A stretch of DNA of 63,282 bases, filler included, from Reticulomyxa filosa (Eukaryota; Protista; Foraminifera), in NCBI GenBank assembly GCA_000512085.1. It is 20 parts of 20 records of this genome, joined end to end, with 100 filler letters (N's around TTAATTAATTAA, not from the genome) between each part and the next. Parts side by side here need not be neighbours in the genome. Positions count along the whole stretch, not along the records: positions 1 to 5,768 come from ASPP01012640.1; positions 5,869 to 8,764 come from ASPP01026700.1; positions 8,865 to 13,479 come from ASPP01029041.1; 17 more parts are not named here. One strand, given 5' to 3'. Shown piece by piece: positions 1-12,790 of this stretch. Numbering within the stretch: the stretch's first letter is position 1; each line of letters starts with the position of its first letter. A program made the position numbers and the translations under genes. Below the pieces are notes generated by a model that saw nothing but the letters and a program-made list of their open reading frames with translations, was not told the DNA's origin and searched no databases.

Positions 1-1513
1 TTACAAAAAAAAATTTTTAAATAAAAAAAATTTTTTTAAAAATTACGAAAGATACAAGGCTAATTCCTTTTTAAAAAGTATCTACGTGACTTGAAGATTC
101 CTAAAATGAAAACAAAAAGATTAAAAAATTCTTATTTCCAACAAAGAGGCAAGGCAGATTTTTTTGCAATATACTGTAATTGCATGACAAATAAAGAATG
201 CAAGCTTCATTAAAAAATTATGACATAAAATTGTTTAATATACATTGCATACGTATTAAATGGTCATATTTGTCAGGTGTTTTTGCTACATCATCAATTT
301 GAATCAATATTTTTCTTGTACTTAAAATCGAGCAAACCAAACAGTTTTACACAAGTTTTGATCTTGTAAAAGTTTTTTCCTTAAACACTAGACTTTATGC
401 TAATTCGCGTTTAAATACTAAAAAAAAACTCATTAATCATAAAATAGTATTATACATACACATTAAATTTTTTTCTTTTTTTTCGTTAAGAAAATATATT
501 ATTTTCATAAAGTAGCATAATAGTGTATTGTAAGTTAATATTATACAATCTCAAATACTGATGGAACGGTGGGATCACATGTGGGTTAAAACATATTACT
601 TTTGCTTCGCACTAAACTAATTTTAAAACTTTTTTGAAAAAAAGTAATTAATTTCGAACAAACATATTTGTTTGTACATTCGAATTGCTAGCATAAGTCG
701 TTTAATGAGCTTTCTGGTCGTAGTATGCATATGTAAAACTTAAATTGATACAGAACCGGATCCAGTAACATTATCAATGAAACATGTTATTTATCACCAG
801 ATATAGCTAATTTTTTACCTTTGCATCACTTCGTCCAGCCAATTCAAATCGCAAGACTACATTAGTCAAGCGATATCAATCGTATATTGGCACAGTGTGT
901 AACTATATCGCCACTGTCGCACACAATACCGGTAGTTCGTCCACTTGCGTAAAATGACAACAATGCTTAAATGACAACATAGAATGTTGGTGTGTTTATG
1001 ATTTGTGTCATTTTTTCTCTTTTGGCTTTTGGGTTCAATGTGGCATTAGTCAACAACATTACGTGTTACTCAGGGGCAATTCGCAACTCATTGTAGAACG
1101 TATATTGCCAAATTTTCTAACTATTCAGTGTTCAATATGATATTGTATAAAATACCTCTCTTGGCTTGGGTTTCATCGCTAATATTATTTTCATCATGTA
1201 ATACAACTCAAAATAAATATCTTGATTAAGAACATTGAGAAGTCTTTAAGCACAAATAGTATTTTTTTAACAAATGTTTGAAAATTTTTAATAAGAAGTG
1301 AATCAATGCATAGATGGTCTTTGCAGTAAAAGTGAGCAGAAAGGTAACATTTCGAAGTGCAAAAAACGTAAAAAAGTATTTTCATTATAATCAATGCAAG
1401 TATAGTTCCGAGAACATTCCCGGATGATCCACGTAAACATTTTTGCCAAACCAGTCACGCAAAAAATGAAACCGTACAAGAACAAACTCTTTCCTAAAAA
1501 AAAAAAAAATAAA

Positions 1514-2401
1514 TTACTCATCATCTATTTTTGGAGCGAGATAATACTTAAGATAACCCAAGGTCTCAATGTCAAATCTGACAACCAAAGGGATGTCAGG
1601 GGACATACTCAAATGAACCAACGGTGATAAGGTAGTTCCCTTTGTAAAGGAAACCAAATATTTCAAGGCAAAGTTTTGGGTAACAGCTTGTTCACACTGA
1701 ATTTTTACATGAGACCCCGAAGTGGTATCATCCTCACATTCAATGACCAGATCTTTGTCGTCTTGAACGGATTGTGTTTGTGACTGTCCGTCATCGCTAT
1801 GTTTTTTCGACTTTTTTTTCTTTATCGGAATGACAGCATCTGAATTTCTATAAGTCAGATCTCCACTGCCGATTTCACCAGTAATAGCAAATCGCACACC
1901 TTCTTTGCTTCCTCCAATGGTCAACGACTCCCCAATGTTGTGTAAATCGGTCATGATTTGTTTGAATTCTTTGCTGCTCATCACAATCTCACACACATAA
2001 TTGGTCTCAGGAATTACTAATCGTTCACTGTCAATTTCCATCAATTTCAATTGAAACGTGGATGTTCTTCGGTCGTTCTTGTCGCTGAACACAATGCTGA
2101 GCTCATCCTTCGAACTTGGATCTGTCGACAAATGCAACGAATCGTCCATCTTGCTACACTTTAGCACCTTTGTTAAGGATTGAAAATTTATCCCCAATGT
2201 GATCGGTGTCTCGCATTTGTAGTTGTCAAAGCTGTCTTTGTTCAAAAATAGTGACACCAACGACACGTGACTCGTGTCCATTGCTTGCAATCTGATGCCG
2301 TCACTGTCGCACTCAAAATTGCCATCTTGGACTAAGTCCACAATTGCAAATATTATTTTCTTAAAGATTTCTCCTTGGCCTAGTGTTGCTTCGAATGCCA
2401 T
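1514..2401 (-). CDS. PCNA: Proliferating cell nuclear antigen, intronless, 295 aa
   Basis: MAFEATLGQG..., LQAMDTSHVSLVSL, GSKEGV (K164 equivalent), FALKYL and YYLAPKIDDE. ATG at 2401, TAA at 1514. Confidence 0.97.
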   Translation of the reverse strand: MAFEATLGQGEIFKKIIFAIVDLVQDGNFECDSDGIRLQAMDTSHVSLVSLFLNKDSFDNYKCETPITLGINFQSLTKVLKCSKMDDSLHLSTDPSSKDELSIVFSDKNDRRTSTFQLKLMEIDSERLVIPETNYVCEIVMSSKEFKQIMTDLHNIGESLTIGGSKEGVRFAITGEIGSGDLTYRNSDAVIPIKKKKSKKHSDDGQSQTQSVQDDKDLVIECEDDTTSGSHVKIQCEQAVTQNFALKYLVSFTKGTTLSPLVHLSMSPDIPLVVRFDIETLGYLKYYLAPKIDDE

Positions 2402-2674
2402 GATTCTCGATATTTTCTTTAAAGCGAAAGAACTTTCAACTGGTCCCCTTTCAAGACGAGGGCGTGTTAAAAAAAAAAATAATAAAAATTTTGTGATTTT
2501 TTTTTTTTTTTTTTTTAAAATGCAACGTAGAGTTGCGGTATAAATATATAACATTGCAGCCTAGGCGCAGGTGAAAAGAGAATCATTTGAAGAGCAATGA
2601 AGTTGTACATTTATTTTTTAGAGAGAAAAAAAAATTTTGAAATAAACAACTTTCCATACGCATAAATACTCACT

Positions 2675-5600
2675 TTATATAAACTCGCTTAATTTGTTGT
2701 CAGCACACAGCGTCAATGCATGCAACCACAAGATAAAATCTTCAAAATTGGCAGCAAAGAGCAGATAAGCCCGTTTCGAAACTCTGTATTTTTTTTTTTT
2801 TAATAATGAAAAAAAAGTTCATACTATTTTGCAATTCGTCTATATATATCACATACATATATAAATATAAATATATGTTATAATAAAATAAGGATAACTG
2901 CAATCCAGAGATTTCAAAGCATAAGAGTTTTTTATCGATAACGCGAATGACTCGGCCTTTCAAGGCGATAGGTGTTTTCAAGGATTCTTCTTTGTGGTCA
3001 TAAGCTTTGAAGTTCTGTTATGTGTGTGTGTGTGTGTGTGTGTGTGATTTGAATGCATTGCCACAATTTGTTTCTTTTTTTAAAAAAAGAGTTGTGTCAA
3101 TAACCTTATAATAGGTCAATTTTTCGTGTTCGATAACAAACCAGCGCAGCTTCAAGGATTGACGACTAAAGAACCCCTCTTCTCCGCCGCCGCGTTTGAC
3201 CAAGTAGCCCATGCGAATGGGCTGGTTTGTCGATACCGCGTTGGGATAAGCATTGAGTAGCGCATGATGTGCGCGCCACTTTTCAGCGGGCGACAAGTCC
3301 AAGCACCCAGGGATGCGAATGTCAGGTGGAAGTGTTGTTGTTGTTGTTGTTGTTGTTGTTGTCTGAGACAGGTCACCGGATGCCCTCCATGGCGGCGGAT
3401 AGCTCTGTTGGTCGATGTTGGTGAACATTTTCTTGGCTTCGTCGAGCAAGGTGCGTACCTCTTCGCTGGCCAGCTGTGTGTGCAATTCGTTGTCAAACTC
3501 CAGCTTTATCGAGCCCTGTTGGATTTTACGCGCCGTACTTGTCAGCGATTCCACGTCCGTTTCTGTCTTTGGATAATTTTGCAATATCGTCATTGCGGAC
3601 ATGTCGTCTTTTTCGAGCAATTTTTTACGTCTTATTAATTTATTTATTTGTTTGTTTGTTTTTATTTTGTTCGCAAGTTGTTTGCATTCAAATTGCATTG
3701 GAGGAAGAGACATCCAAAAAAAAAAAAAAAAAAAACCAATGGAGTTGCTCGCAAGAACAAGAGACAATTGTTGTTTGTACCATACACGTTGTAAATCATG
3801 GCCATGCAAATATAATCGACGAATTCCAAAGGCGACACGCACGAGAACAACTCATCCCACAGTTTGATGATTTGATCGATGAAAAACTCGCGACTGAACA
3901 AAACCCGAACCCATCTCAACAGATACAACTGCGGATGCAACCCAATCTTCCCAAAGTGCGTGTAAATCTGAAAGTCAAATTGCTTCAACAGCTTGTGCTG
4001 GATATAGTGCAACTTCAGGTACAATGGCGCGTTCGCACCGCTGTCGTACAGACCCTGGTTGTGTTGGCACGGGTCCGATCCGTTTTCTAACACTTCGCGT
4101 GGAGGGACCGGAGAATCGAACGAATTGCCCATTAATTGCATCAACGCTATTTGATGTTATTATAACATATATGTACATATATACATATACATACATATAT
4201 ACATATATGTATATATGTATATATGTGTATATATGTACATATATGTTAATATAAATAAAAATGTAAAAAAAAAAAAAAAAAAAAACCTCAAGTATATCAA
4301 ACCTGAATACAATGTGAAAGCATCATGTTCCAAATAGCTTTCATTGATCAACTCTTGTGTGATTGCATCCTCGCGCCTTATTCACACAAACACAAACACA
4401 AACACAAACACAAACACAAATGCAAGTGCAAATGCAAACACGATACACGCACGTACATGACAAAGCGAAAATAGCAAGTGCAAAGAGGGGTGGCAATGAA
4501 GTGGGATGCGAGTCATACAAGGAGGTGTTGTTGTTTTTATGGAGCTGGAGACAGTCGTAATGCAGCGCGCACAAAAGGATAGCGACCAATTCGTTCATCC
4601 CTTGCAAGTAGCCTTTGGCGGTGCCCTTCGATCGAACCCAAATGTACAGCACATTGCTCACCATATATTTTGTCGACGTTTTCCGGAAAAACTCGCGGTA
4701 TTGCAATGTGCGATTGACATCTTTCATTATTTGCATCCACAAGTCCATGAACGCGTCTTCGTGAACAGCAATCGACTGCTCTTGATTGCCTTCATTTTCT
4801 GTTTCCTTTTCATGTGCCTTTTCTTTTATATTTTCCGCACCGTTCATTTTAAATGAAGAGCTAGTCGATGACGATGACGATGACTCCATGGTCAGTTGCA
4901 TCATCCCACTCATTTTTTTCCCGTCAATTGTAATGATGGATCCAACAACTGTTAAATAATGTATTGTTGCATTTGATTGTTAATGCAAAAAAAAAACAAA
5001 TTAGAAATTGGATTAAAAAGTACAAAACATGATCTGCATTGACGTCCAACTCCGACTCCAACACTGGCGTGTGCTGTTGAGACTGCACAAAGACGTTTGC
5101 TGTGGTTGGCGTGCTTTGGATAATGGTTGTATTGGCTTCAAACTGCGCAAAGCTCGCAATGGAAGCCGGGGACATCAGACATGCAACGTCTTGCTCCAAG
5201 CTCGGCGTGCGTGCCAAGCGGGTGAAACTGTGTTCCAGCATCACAGGGGTGGAGTGTGGGAATACATTCGGCTCGCCGTCAAACTGCAGCGCCTTGTCAT
5301 TGACACGCAGCTCCTCGGTCTCCAGCACTTGACTGAGTGTTGGAATTTGGATTTTCTTTGGAATGTCCACAAATGGCATCGATGGCATTATCGCCAATTT
5401 CCCATATGTGTTCGTGGAGGTCAATGTCATCGACGTCGTCATTGTTGTTGTTGTTGTCATAGTGTTCATTGTCGAGTCTTTGGTCGATATTTTGGGCGTG
5501 GATACATGAATTGGGGTAGTCGGATCCAGCAGTTCGGATGGGTTGGGCTCGTTACCCACGTCGTCGTCGTCGTCGTTGTCGTTGTCGTCATCGTCATTAT

Positions 5601-5766
5601 CGTTATCTTCATCTCCATCTCCATCTTCATCGTTCTTATAACGATTGTTGTGCAATGTCGACAGACGCGTCGTCGCCGAACCTATGGTCGATTGTATTTT
5701 CTTGTGTCTGTCCGCAAAGAGACTATGCGGATGATCCATCGATCTTGTAAAGCAAAGACGAGCCAA
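2675..5766 (-). CDS. TBC1D5-like Rab GTPase-activating protein with C-terminal PH domain; multi-exon, 5'-partial
   Basis: TBC fingers IMKDVNRT and GYLQGMNEL, plus PQLYLLRWVRVLFSREF. PH segments GYLVKRGG...LRWFVI...LTYYK, TPIALKG...CFEISG, and a last exon at 2783-2675 (VSKRAYLLFAANFEDFILWLHAL...EFI*). Confidence 0.85.
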
Positions 5767-5768
5767 GT

Positions 5769-5868
5769 NNNNNNNNNNNNNNNNNNNNNNNNNNNNNNNN
5801 NNNNNNNNNNNNTTAATTAATTAANNNNNNNNNNNNNNNNNNNNNNNNNNNNNNNNNNNNNNNNNNNN
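5769..5868. other. Artificial contig spacer (first of 19)
   Basis: N-run + TTAATTAATTAA (stops in all six frames) + N-run, 100 nt. The others start at 8765, 13480, 16802, 19205, 20386, 27486, 29909, 31069, 32894, 34264, 35443, 36965, 42051, 44383, 45762, 49916, 55435 and 58233. Confidence 0.98.
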
Positions 5869-6356
5869 TTCACAACCAAATACTCAATGTGACCAAAGTA
5901 AATACCATTGGTTGGAGTGTGTGCACTCGAGTCTATCTGAGAGGACTCACGTATACTAAATACCGCATCAAAGCGATTACAAAACTGAACGTCACCTCTT
6001 CCAAAATAAAACTTGTCATCTTTGTTGTCACATGAAAATACTTTTTGATAATTGTTCGGTGACACAGTTTGCATTCTCTTCAATTCTATACCCTTTCCAT
6101 ATAATTCCCATATTCCCATGTTTTTTAGGATTGTTCCATCTGTTTCTGTGCTCAACCAATTGAAAAAAAGCGCACAGCCTTTGTCCGGGACGAGTGATAT
6201 TTCGTACGCCTGTGTTGAATCTTCTTTTCTTTCGTCATTATTTTCTGTTGTTTTTAACTCGTTTTTCTTTTGTGTTAAGTTATGCACAAACATCAGCTGA
6301 GTAACGAGCATGAAGAATAACGCTACTAAAATTGTTGGCCATCCCAATTCAGACAT
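5869..6356 (-). CDS. Hypothetical protein with N-terminal signal/anchor, 3'-partial
   Basis: Open frame from ATG 6356 to the contig end. Hydrophobic N-terminus WPTILVALFFMLVTQLMFV. No family recognised. Confidence 0.5.
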
Positions 6357-6708
6357 TATTCTCAGTCAAAAAAGGACCCTTTCAAAACCGTACAGAAACA
6401 AAACTTGTTCAAAATTTGTAAAAACTAAGTTTAGTCCCAGAGCTTCAAAAATGTAATGTTAATAAATGAATTGAAAATTTTTCTGGTTAAAATGAAATTA
6501 ATAATCATGATTTTTTTAATTTAGATCCAAAAAAGTTGCATTAAAGACATAACATGAGTATTTTACAAAGTTAGCCGCTTTGATACTTGTTTCAAGAAAA
6601 TTTGGATCAAACAGTAATTTTATTGCTTTTGTAGTCACTGTGCCCAAAAAAACTTGTAACGGTACAAAATAGTTCCCTTTTCGATCATAAAATACCATAA
6701 AGATTATA

Positions 6709-7875
6709 ATGCAGCAAAAAGAAGACCCAATATACTTGGTATTGATTATGAATGTTTTGTATTTTCCAGCACTAGAAAAGAATACTTTAACACCAACTAC
6801 ATCATTTTCACTTTTCAAAAAAAGGGCAAAAAAGACGTTATAATTATTGTTAAGCATTGGTTACGTTCTAGCAATATCTTTTGGGGATGGATTAATGAAT
6901 TTCACCAAATTATCTTCAACTACGTTATGCAAATTTGTTCTGTTGACGTATTTTGACTGTTTCTGTCACATATTTTTGGCGACGCAATAGATAAAATACT
7001 TTAAAGAAGTAAAAGTCTTACGTGGACATTCTGGAAGAGTCTATTGCGCTCGATTTTCACCAGACTGTCGTACCATTGTGTCATGCTCCGCTGACGAAAC
7101 TATTTTGTTGTGGGATGTAAAAACAGGACGACAATTACGCAAATTGAAGCAAAATTCAATAATCACAACAAAAGTGCAATTTTCTCCGAATGCGCGCACC
7201 ATTGTGGCATCTTCTTTTGACAATATTATCCGATTATTTGATGTGGAATCTGGACAAGAAATGAAACAGTTCAAAGGGCATTCTGATGATGTAATTACAG
7301 CACAATTTTCACCAGATGGTTGTATGATTGTGTCATGTTCTGATGATGAAACGATCCGACTATGGGATGTGGTATCAGGAAATGAAATTAAAAGATTGGA
7401 AGGTCATTCTGATTGGATAACAGATGTGCAATTTTCACCGGATGGACGTAGCATTGTGTCATCATCTCGTGATCGGACAATTCGGATATGGGATGTCATG
7501 TCTGGACAGGAAATTCAGATATTGAAAGGACATTCAAATGCAGTTACAAGAGCACAGTTTTCCTCGGATGGACATGCTATTGTGTCTTGTTCTGATGATA
7601 ACACAATTCGATTGTGGAATGTAAAATCAGGACAAGAATTCAACAAAATGGAAGTGATAACAGGAAACATTGCAGAAGCACAATTTTCTCCAGACGGTCA
7701 TACAATTGTGTCGTGTTCTGCTGATGCAATCATCCGGATATGGGATGTGGTGTCAGGAAGAGAAATACAAAAGTTGGGAGGACATGCAAATGCAATAGAA
7801 AGCGTGCAATTCTCAAAAGATGGTGATACCATTGTGTCTTCGTCTTGGGACGAAACTGTCAGAATTTGGGGGTAG
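6709..7875 (+). CDS. WD40 beta-propeller protein with N-terminal GWIxxF module
   Basis: Predicted exons 6709-6738, 6825-6923 and 6991-7875 join in frame across GT..AG introns. About 7 repeats of GH..V..AQFSPDG..IVS.S.D.TIR.WD. Confidence 0.85.
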
Positions 7876-8194
7876 CATCCTCTTGTGAAATTACATAATT
7901 TTTTGCAAGAACGCCTTTCACTGACTGCACTCTGCAGGTTGCAATGCGCAAAATGACAAATTATCTCGTAACTTTTTCTTTTGTTATATATATACCGTAT
8001 GTGATCTAACCAAAACAAATTGCATACAAAAATGACTTTGCAAAGCAAGTTTTTAATTTATTGCGTTGGAAGAAAATTTTTTTAACATTGCAGTCTAAAT
8101 AATGTTATGAATTTAAAGATCAAAATTTTAAAACTACTGAAAAACTATTTTCAAAATTAATCTATGTCAATCTATGTCAATCTAATGTGAAAAA

Positions 8195-8740
8195 TCAGTC
8201 AGCAACGGCAAAAAAGCCAAAAAAACGAATCCATTGTGCAAGGTCAATTTCAAACCAATCATTATACTCTTTTAATTTGCTATCATCAATATGCATTACA
8301 TCCACAATTTTTCTAAAAAGTGACTCTTTGAGTGCCAACGATCGTTCGGAGCTCGCCTTTGCCAAGCTATTGGCACAATTCGAGCGGGGCATGGTTATGC
8401 TGTCTTTCATATTCCAAAGTTCAGCGGCAAGTCTAATATTTAACGCCGGATGTCCACGAAGAGAATCGGATGCATGTGGATCAGTTAGTGAGACAAAAGA
8501 AGAATGTTCAGTCAAATCATATACAATTGTGTCTATTAAACACAATTGTATCCCTTGATTTGTTGTGGACAAAAATTCCTTCCACTCTTTGGCAATAAGA
8601 CGAACAGTATTTCGCCAAAAAAGTTGGTCCAGTTTGTGTGTTTCAACATGTAGACAGCCTATTTGTAATGGCGTTTCGGTTGGCCATCTTACAGCAGATT
8701 GAGGAATTTCTATGTTTGTGACAAGCGAATCATTGTGCAA
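8195..8740 (-). CDS. Hypothetical protein, terminal exon
   Basis: 181-codon open frame with coding-like composition. No family recognised. Confidence 0.45.
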   Translation of the reverse strand: MHNDSLVTNIEIPQSAVRWPTETPLQIGCLHVETHKLDQLFWRNTVRLIAKEWKEFLSTTNQGIQLCLIDTIVYDLTEHSSFVSLTDPHASDSLRGHPALNIRLAAELWNMKDSITMPRSNCANSLAKASSERSLALKESLFRKIVDVMHIDDSKLKEYNDWFEIDLAQWIRFFGFFAVAD

Positions 8741-8947
8741 ACAAATGTACCAAAAAAAAAAAAANNNNNNNNNNNNNNNNNNNNNNNNNNNNNNNNNNNN
8801 NNNNNNNNTTAATTAATTAANNNNNNNNNNNNNNNNNNNNNNNNNNNNNNNNNNNNNNNNNNNNTTGACAGCATATCTCAGGAAGCCTTTGAAAAGACAT
8901 AATTAATAGAGTATAAATAAAGAAATGTATAAATGTATATATAATAA

Positions 8948-9606
8948 AAAATACCTCCAATTCCACCAAAACCTTTAACAAATTGAGCACCTTCTTGTGA
9001 TCTATCAGTAACAAATTCTAGTTTACATCCATAATTTTTATATTGTGAAGCAAGCCATTCAAGAAATTCATTTTATTGAACAATTTCCCAAATAAGACCA
9101 GTAGAATGACCTTTTAAGAAATCATTAGAATGTTGTAATTCTTTAGGTGTAAGATAAATTTCTTTTTTTTCATCATTATTAATAGGATGTTTAATTTGTA
9201 TTCTTAAAAGATCAAGATTTTCCCAAACAATACAAGTTTCTATTTATAGGTTTAAATGGTTCAAGATGTATTGGTATCTTTTTTTCTTTTCCATCATCTG
9301 TCATTACTGCACCACAATATACTACTAAACCATTTTTAAGTACTTTATTATATAATTTTAATCTTTCTCTTGCGCTTGTTATAGTTGATAATCCAGATAA
9401 ACGATTTACTCTTGATTTTATATTGATGCTGTCTTGTAACATTTTTTGTACTCTTGATATTTGGTCTTTTGGTAGGATTACTAATGATATCATTGATGTT
9501 CTGTTTCCGCGTGCTTGTGATAAATGTTTAATTAAATTTTTTATTTTACATTGTTTAACAAGTGTATCATGTTCACTTGAGTTTGAATCATCTGATTTTT
9601 TGCCAT
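8948..9606 (-). pseudogene. ETF1: eRF1 pseudogene lacking the M domain
   Basis: N domain [18 protein letters not shown]...[10 protein letters not shown]...EPFKPIN runs directly into C domain IVWENLD...[24 protein letters not shown]. Frameshifts and stops present; no GGQ region. Confidence 0.88.
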
Positions 9607-11385
9607 AGTTATTTTCTTAAATTAATAAAACGAAAAAACTGAAAGCCCTTTTTTTTGTTGTAGAAAATTACCTTATCCTTTAAAACAAAATAACTTACAT
9701 TAAATATCTTGTACATTTTTTTTAATTGATTATTTTTTAAAAATAAAATTCTCCATTCACTTTCATTTGCAAAAAGGTAAAAATAGAAAAATATCAAAAA
9801 GAGAATAAAATTGAAGTCGGCAAAAGAAAGATGGCACAAAAACACCAACTAAGTCCATAGAGAATTGTAAGTAGACGTAGTGGAACATTTTCTTTTGTGA
9901 CGGATATCGAATGTGTTCAAAGTCTTGCCGACTGAAATCCTGCCATTGAAGTTCTTCTTTCAAGTATTCCAAGACACAGTATGTGTCGAAGCTGCACTTG
10001 CCTCGACAGCGCAAAGCAATGGCAATGCAGCGAACGCGATTGGGTTTGGAGGCAAACCGTAGCTGTTGCATGGCATGCACAATGCATCACAATGCAAAAT
10101 CTGTCGCAGCACCGCACAAATGTTTGGATATATTATCATTAAATCGCGCTTTGCATAGACGTTCTTGCACAAATCGACTTTTGATAGATCCAAGTATTGC
10201 AAGCCGATTTGAATACGATAAATCGCTTGCTTTCAATTCGATTTTCTTGCTTAGTCAATGCATTGTGTGACTTGCCTTATTCGTTTCGGTGATCTCTATG
10301 AGATTATATATCATTGATTCGATTTATTGGTAATGTTTTAAATTATTTTTTTTTTAGTTTTGTTTATTTTATTTATTTGCTTAAAATGTGTTATGTTATA
10401 TGTTATGCTTATGACAGTGTGAATAAACTTATAAATGGATTGGTACAATTATTGAATTGACTCAAACAACCCAATTTGTTTGGAATCAGCAGTTTGTCCT
10501 TGGATTTGCTTTCATTTTGCAAAACAATGAGTTCATGTCTTTGTCGAATAACTCGCTGATTGGCTTCTTGAGGCATTATTGTCCACAGTGCTTTTCTCAT
10601 CGCACTCTGATTCAACTGTTTTCCATTTGTTATTAAGTGTAAATTTTCGTGATAAAATGGTTGTTGTTCGATACTCTTTTCGTTTCAATTGTTTCATTTT
10701 TATTTATTTATTTTTGATTTTTTTTTTTTTTGTACATACAAGAAACGGAAAATCGGATTAACTTTTTGGCTTAGAAACGCTGGAATATGGAAAGATGCTT
10801 CTTAATTTTACTAGTGTACACCAATGTCCTACAATGTTTGCATTCCTCTCTATCCAAAATAATTCTTTTTTATAGGTTGCCCACTCAAAAAAATATTCAT
10901 TTTTTCACGCTTGAAATGTACATTACAATTTACATTAATTACCTTTGTCCTGACTAGCCGTTATATGAAATCGACAAACATTGGCCCTTTCACTACTTCT
11001 TGCTTGCAATGTCTACGCAATTAGTTCATATGCCAAAAGGTAAAAAAAAAGGCCAACGCTACTTGCATATAAGCGATATTACCTTTTTTTTATGGATTCC
11101 AAAAACTGCATCGGCCTTCTTTTTCTTCTGATTGTTCTCTTTTTCGCTTTCTTTTCAGTTATTGTGGTCATCGAAAAGGGTTTTGTTAAAAAAAACCTAC
11201 TCAAGCGGCAAAGTGTTGTTTGTACGATGAAATAAGTGGATTTGTTAAGACAAATATTTGCATTTGCATGGTTCCCTGAAAACACAAAATTAGTGTAATG
11301 ACTATTACGACTAAGAGAAGGTAAAAGAAAATCAATTAAAACTATTTCAAAAGTTTTTAATGAAAGAGCGACAATAATTTTATTT

Positions 11386-12790
11386 TTACATACTAATCGA
11401 AAATTGTTGATGAAAGGCCTTCATCGGCTTGATTTGACTTACGACAGCAACTTCTAGTTTTTTTTTTGTTGATACAACATGGTGGAAAAATTTTTGATTA
11501 TGAATTCGCATTCCTTGCCAAGAAGAATGTGATGGTTCGCTGATGAAGCAATTTTTGATATCTTCACGAGTGAGCGAACGAACAAGTTTTTCCGTTTTTG
11601 ACTTGATTGATGTGGGCTTGTAAATGATGAACGGCTTCCTCAAAGGGATAGATCGGTCTAATCCCGTCCGGCTTTCGATGATCCCCTCGGAAGAATCTCA
11701 GTCCCTGAAAGTTCTTTCGGAAAAACACGTCCAGTTCAGACTTTAGTTCGCTGTCGCTCAAACGGACGTTTGAGCCTTGGTTCTTGGTTTGTTGTGGAGA
11801 CTCTTTGATCGATTTCAAAAGTTCACGTTTGAGTACTCTGCATAAGTCTTTGAAAATTCTATCAATTGAGAAAAGATGAAATTTGTGATTTGCACAAAAA
11901 AAAAGTGAATCCAAATTTTAAAAAAATCAAAACTTTGATCAAACAGAGTTAATGTGAGAAATTGTTGCCCCGCTCAGTTTCATAATTTCAACAGTGTTTG
12001 AAGTTTGGTACTTGTCGACTACAATATTTTTGACTTGAGACAACTGGAACAACACACGTAGCGTGACTGACTCGCTGAATGGACGCTCGTCCTTTGCAAA
12101 CAGACACGCGAGATCTTTCTCACACAATCGATAGAGTCGATCCATCCATGGCAGCACTTCCGATTCATTATCTACTCACTCTTCCACTAAGTCGTTTATA
12201 TCAGTGTTCATATCTCCACAGTATTCGTAACATCTAGCTACATAACAAACATTAAAAAAAATTTATGTACGTACATATGTACGTACCGTATTTGCCCCTG
12301 TGCAAACTCAAGCTTCCAAATCACGTGATTCCAAAGTCGACATACATTTGGCAGTTTTGTGAGTACTTCTATTGGATGCAAATATTTGAAGACGTACTTT
12401 TGTAAGCGTCCGGCAGATTCACGATTTCACAAAAATCACTGCTTGCAAACACTTCCATGGACATGTCTCTCGATCCAGTATTTGCTTTGCCAAAGGCTTA
12501 TTTTTATCTCCTTTTCTTTCACTCTTTTGCGCGCTTTCTTTAATTTTATCGTGCTTGTTTCTATTGGCAGCTCTGTTGCGTCCGGTTGTGCATACGATTT
12601 TGAGTCACGAGTATCTTGCTCATTTGGCATTGTCTCAGCCATCATTTCTGCAAGCTTTTGCTTCTTGTATCGTTTTTTTCTTTTCTTTTCTTGAGCCGTT
12701 GTTAAGGTCGTATACGCAGCTTTTTTGCTGCTTGTGCTCCTCTTTTGTTGTAGTCGCAAACGCTGGCCAAAGAAACTGTGTCACAGTTTT
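11386..12790 (-). pseudogene. F-box-containing gene, frameshifted/degenerate
   Basis: About 12425-12316 reads IVNLPDA/LQKYVFKYLHPIEVLTKLPNVCRLWNHVIW, an F-box consensus with a 1-nt shift. Flanking frames are interrupted. Confidence 0.55.

Noticed and set aside
2402-2554. N-terminal extension of PCNA in the ORF track
   Set aside because: Homopolymer-rich upstream sequence. Homology starts at ATG 2401.
4160-4440. TA/CA microsatellites and homopolymer runs
   Set aside because: Ordinary intronic simple repeats found throughout the window. They also explain contig breaks and some 1-nt frameshifts.
5029-5820. Long antisense ORFs with poly-Cys/Val (also 3264-4090, 56219-56834, 60141-60434)
   Set aside because: They are shadows of low-complexity coding sequence on the opposite strand.
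8195-8740. Possible glycogen debranching enzyme segment
   Set aside because: The resemblance is too vague to support without a search.
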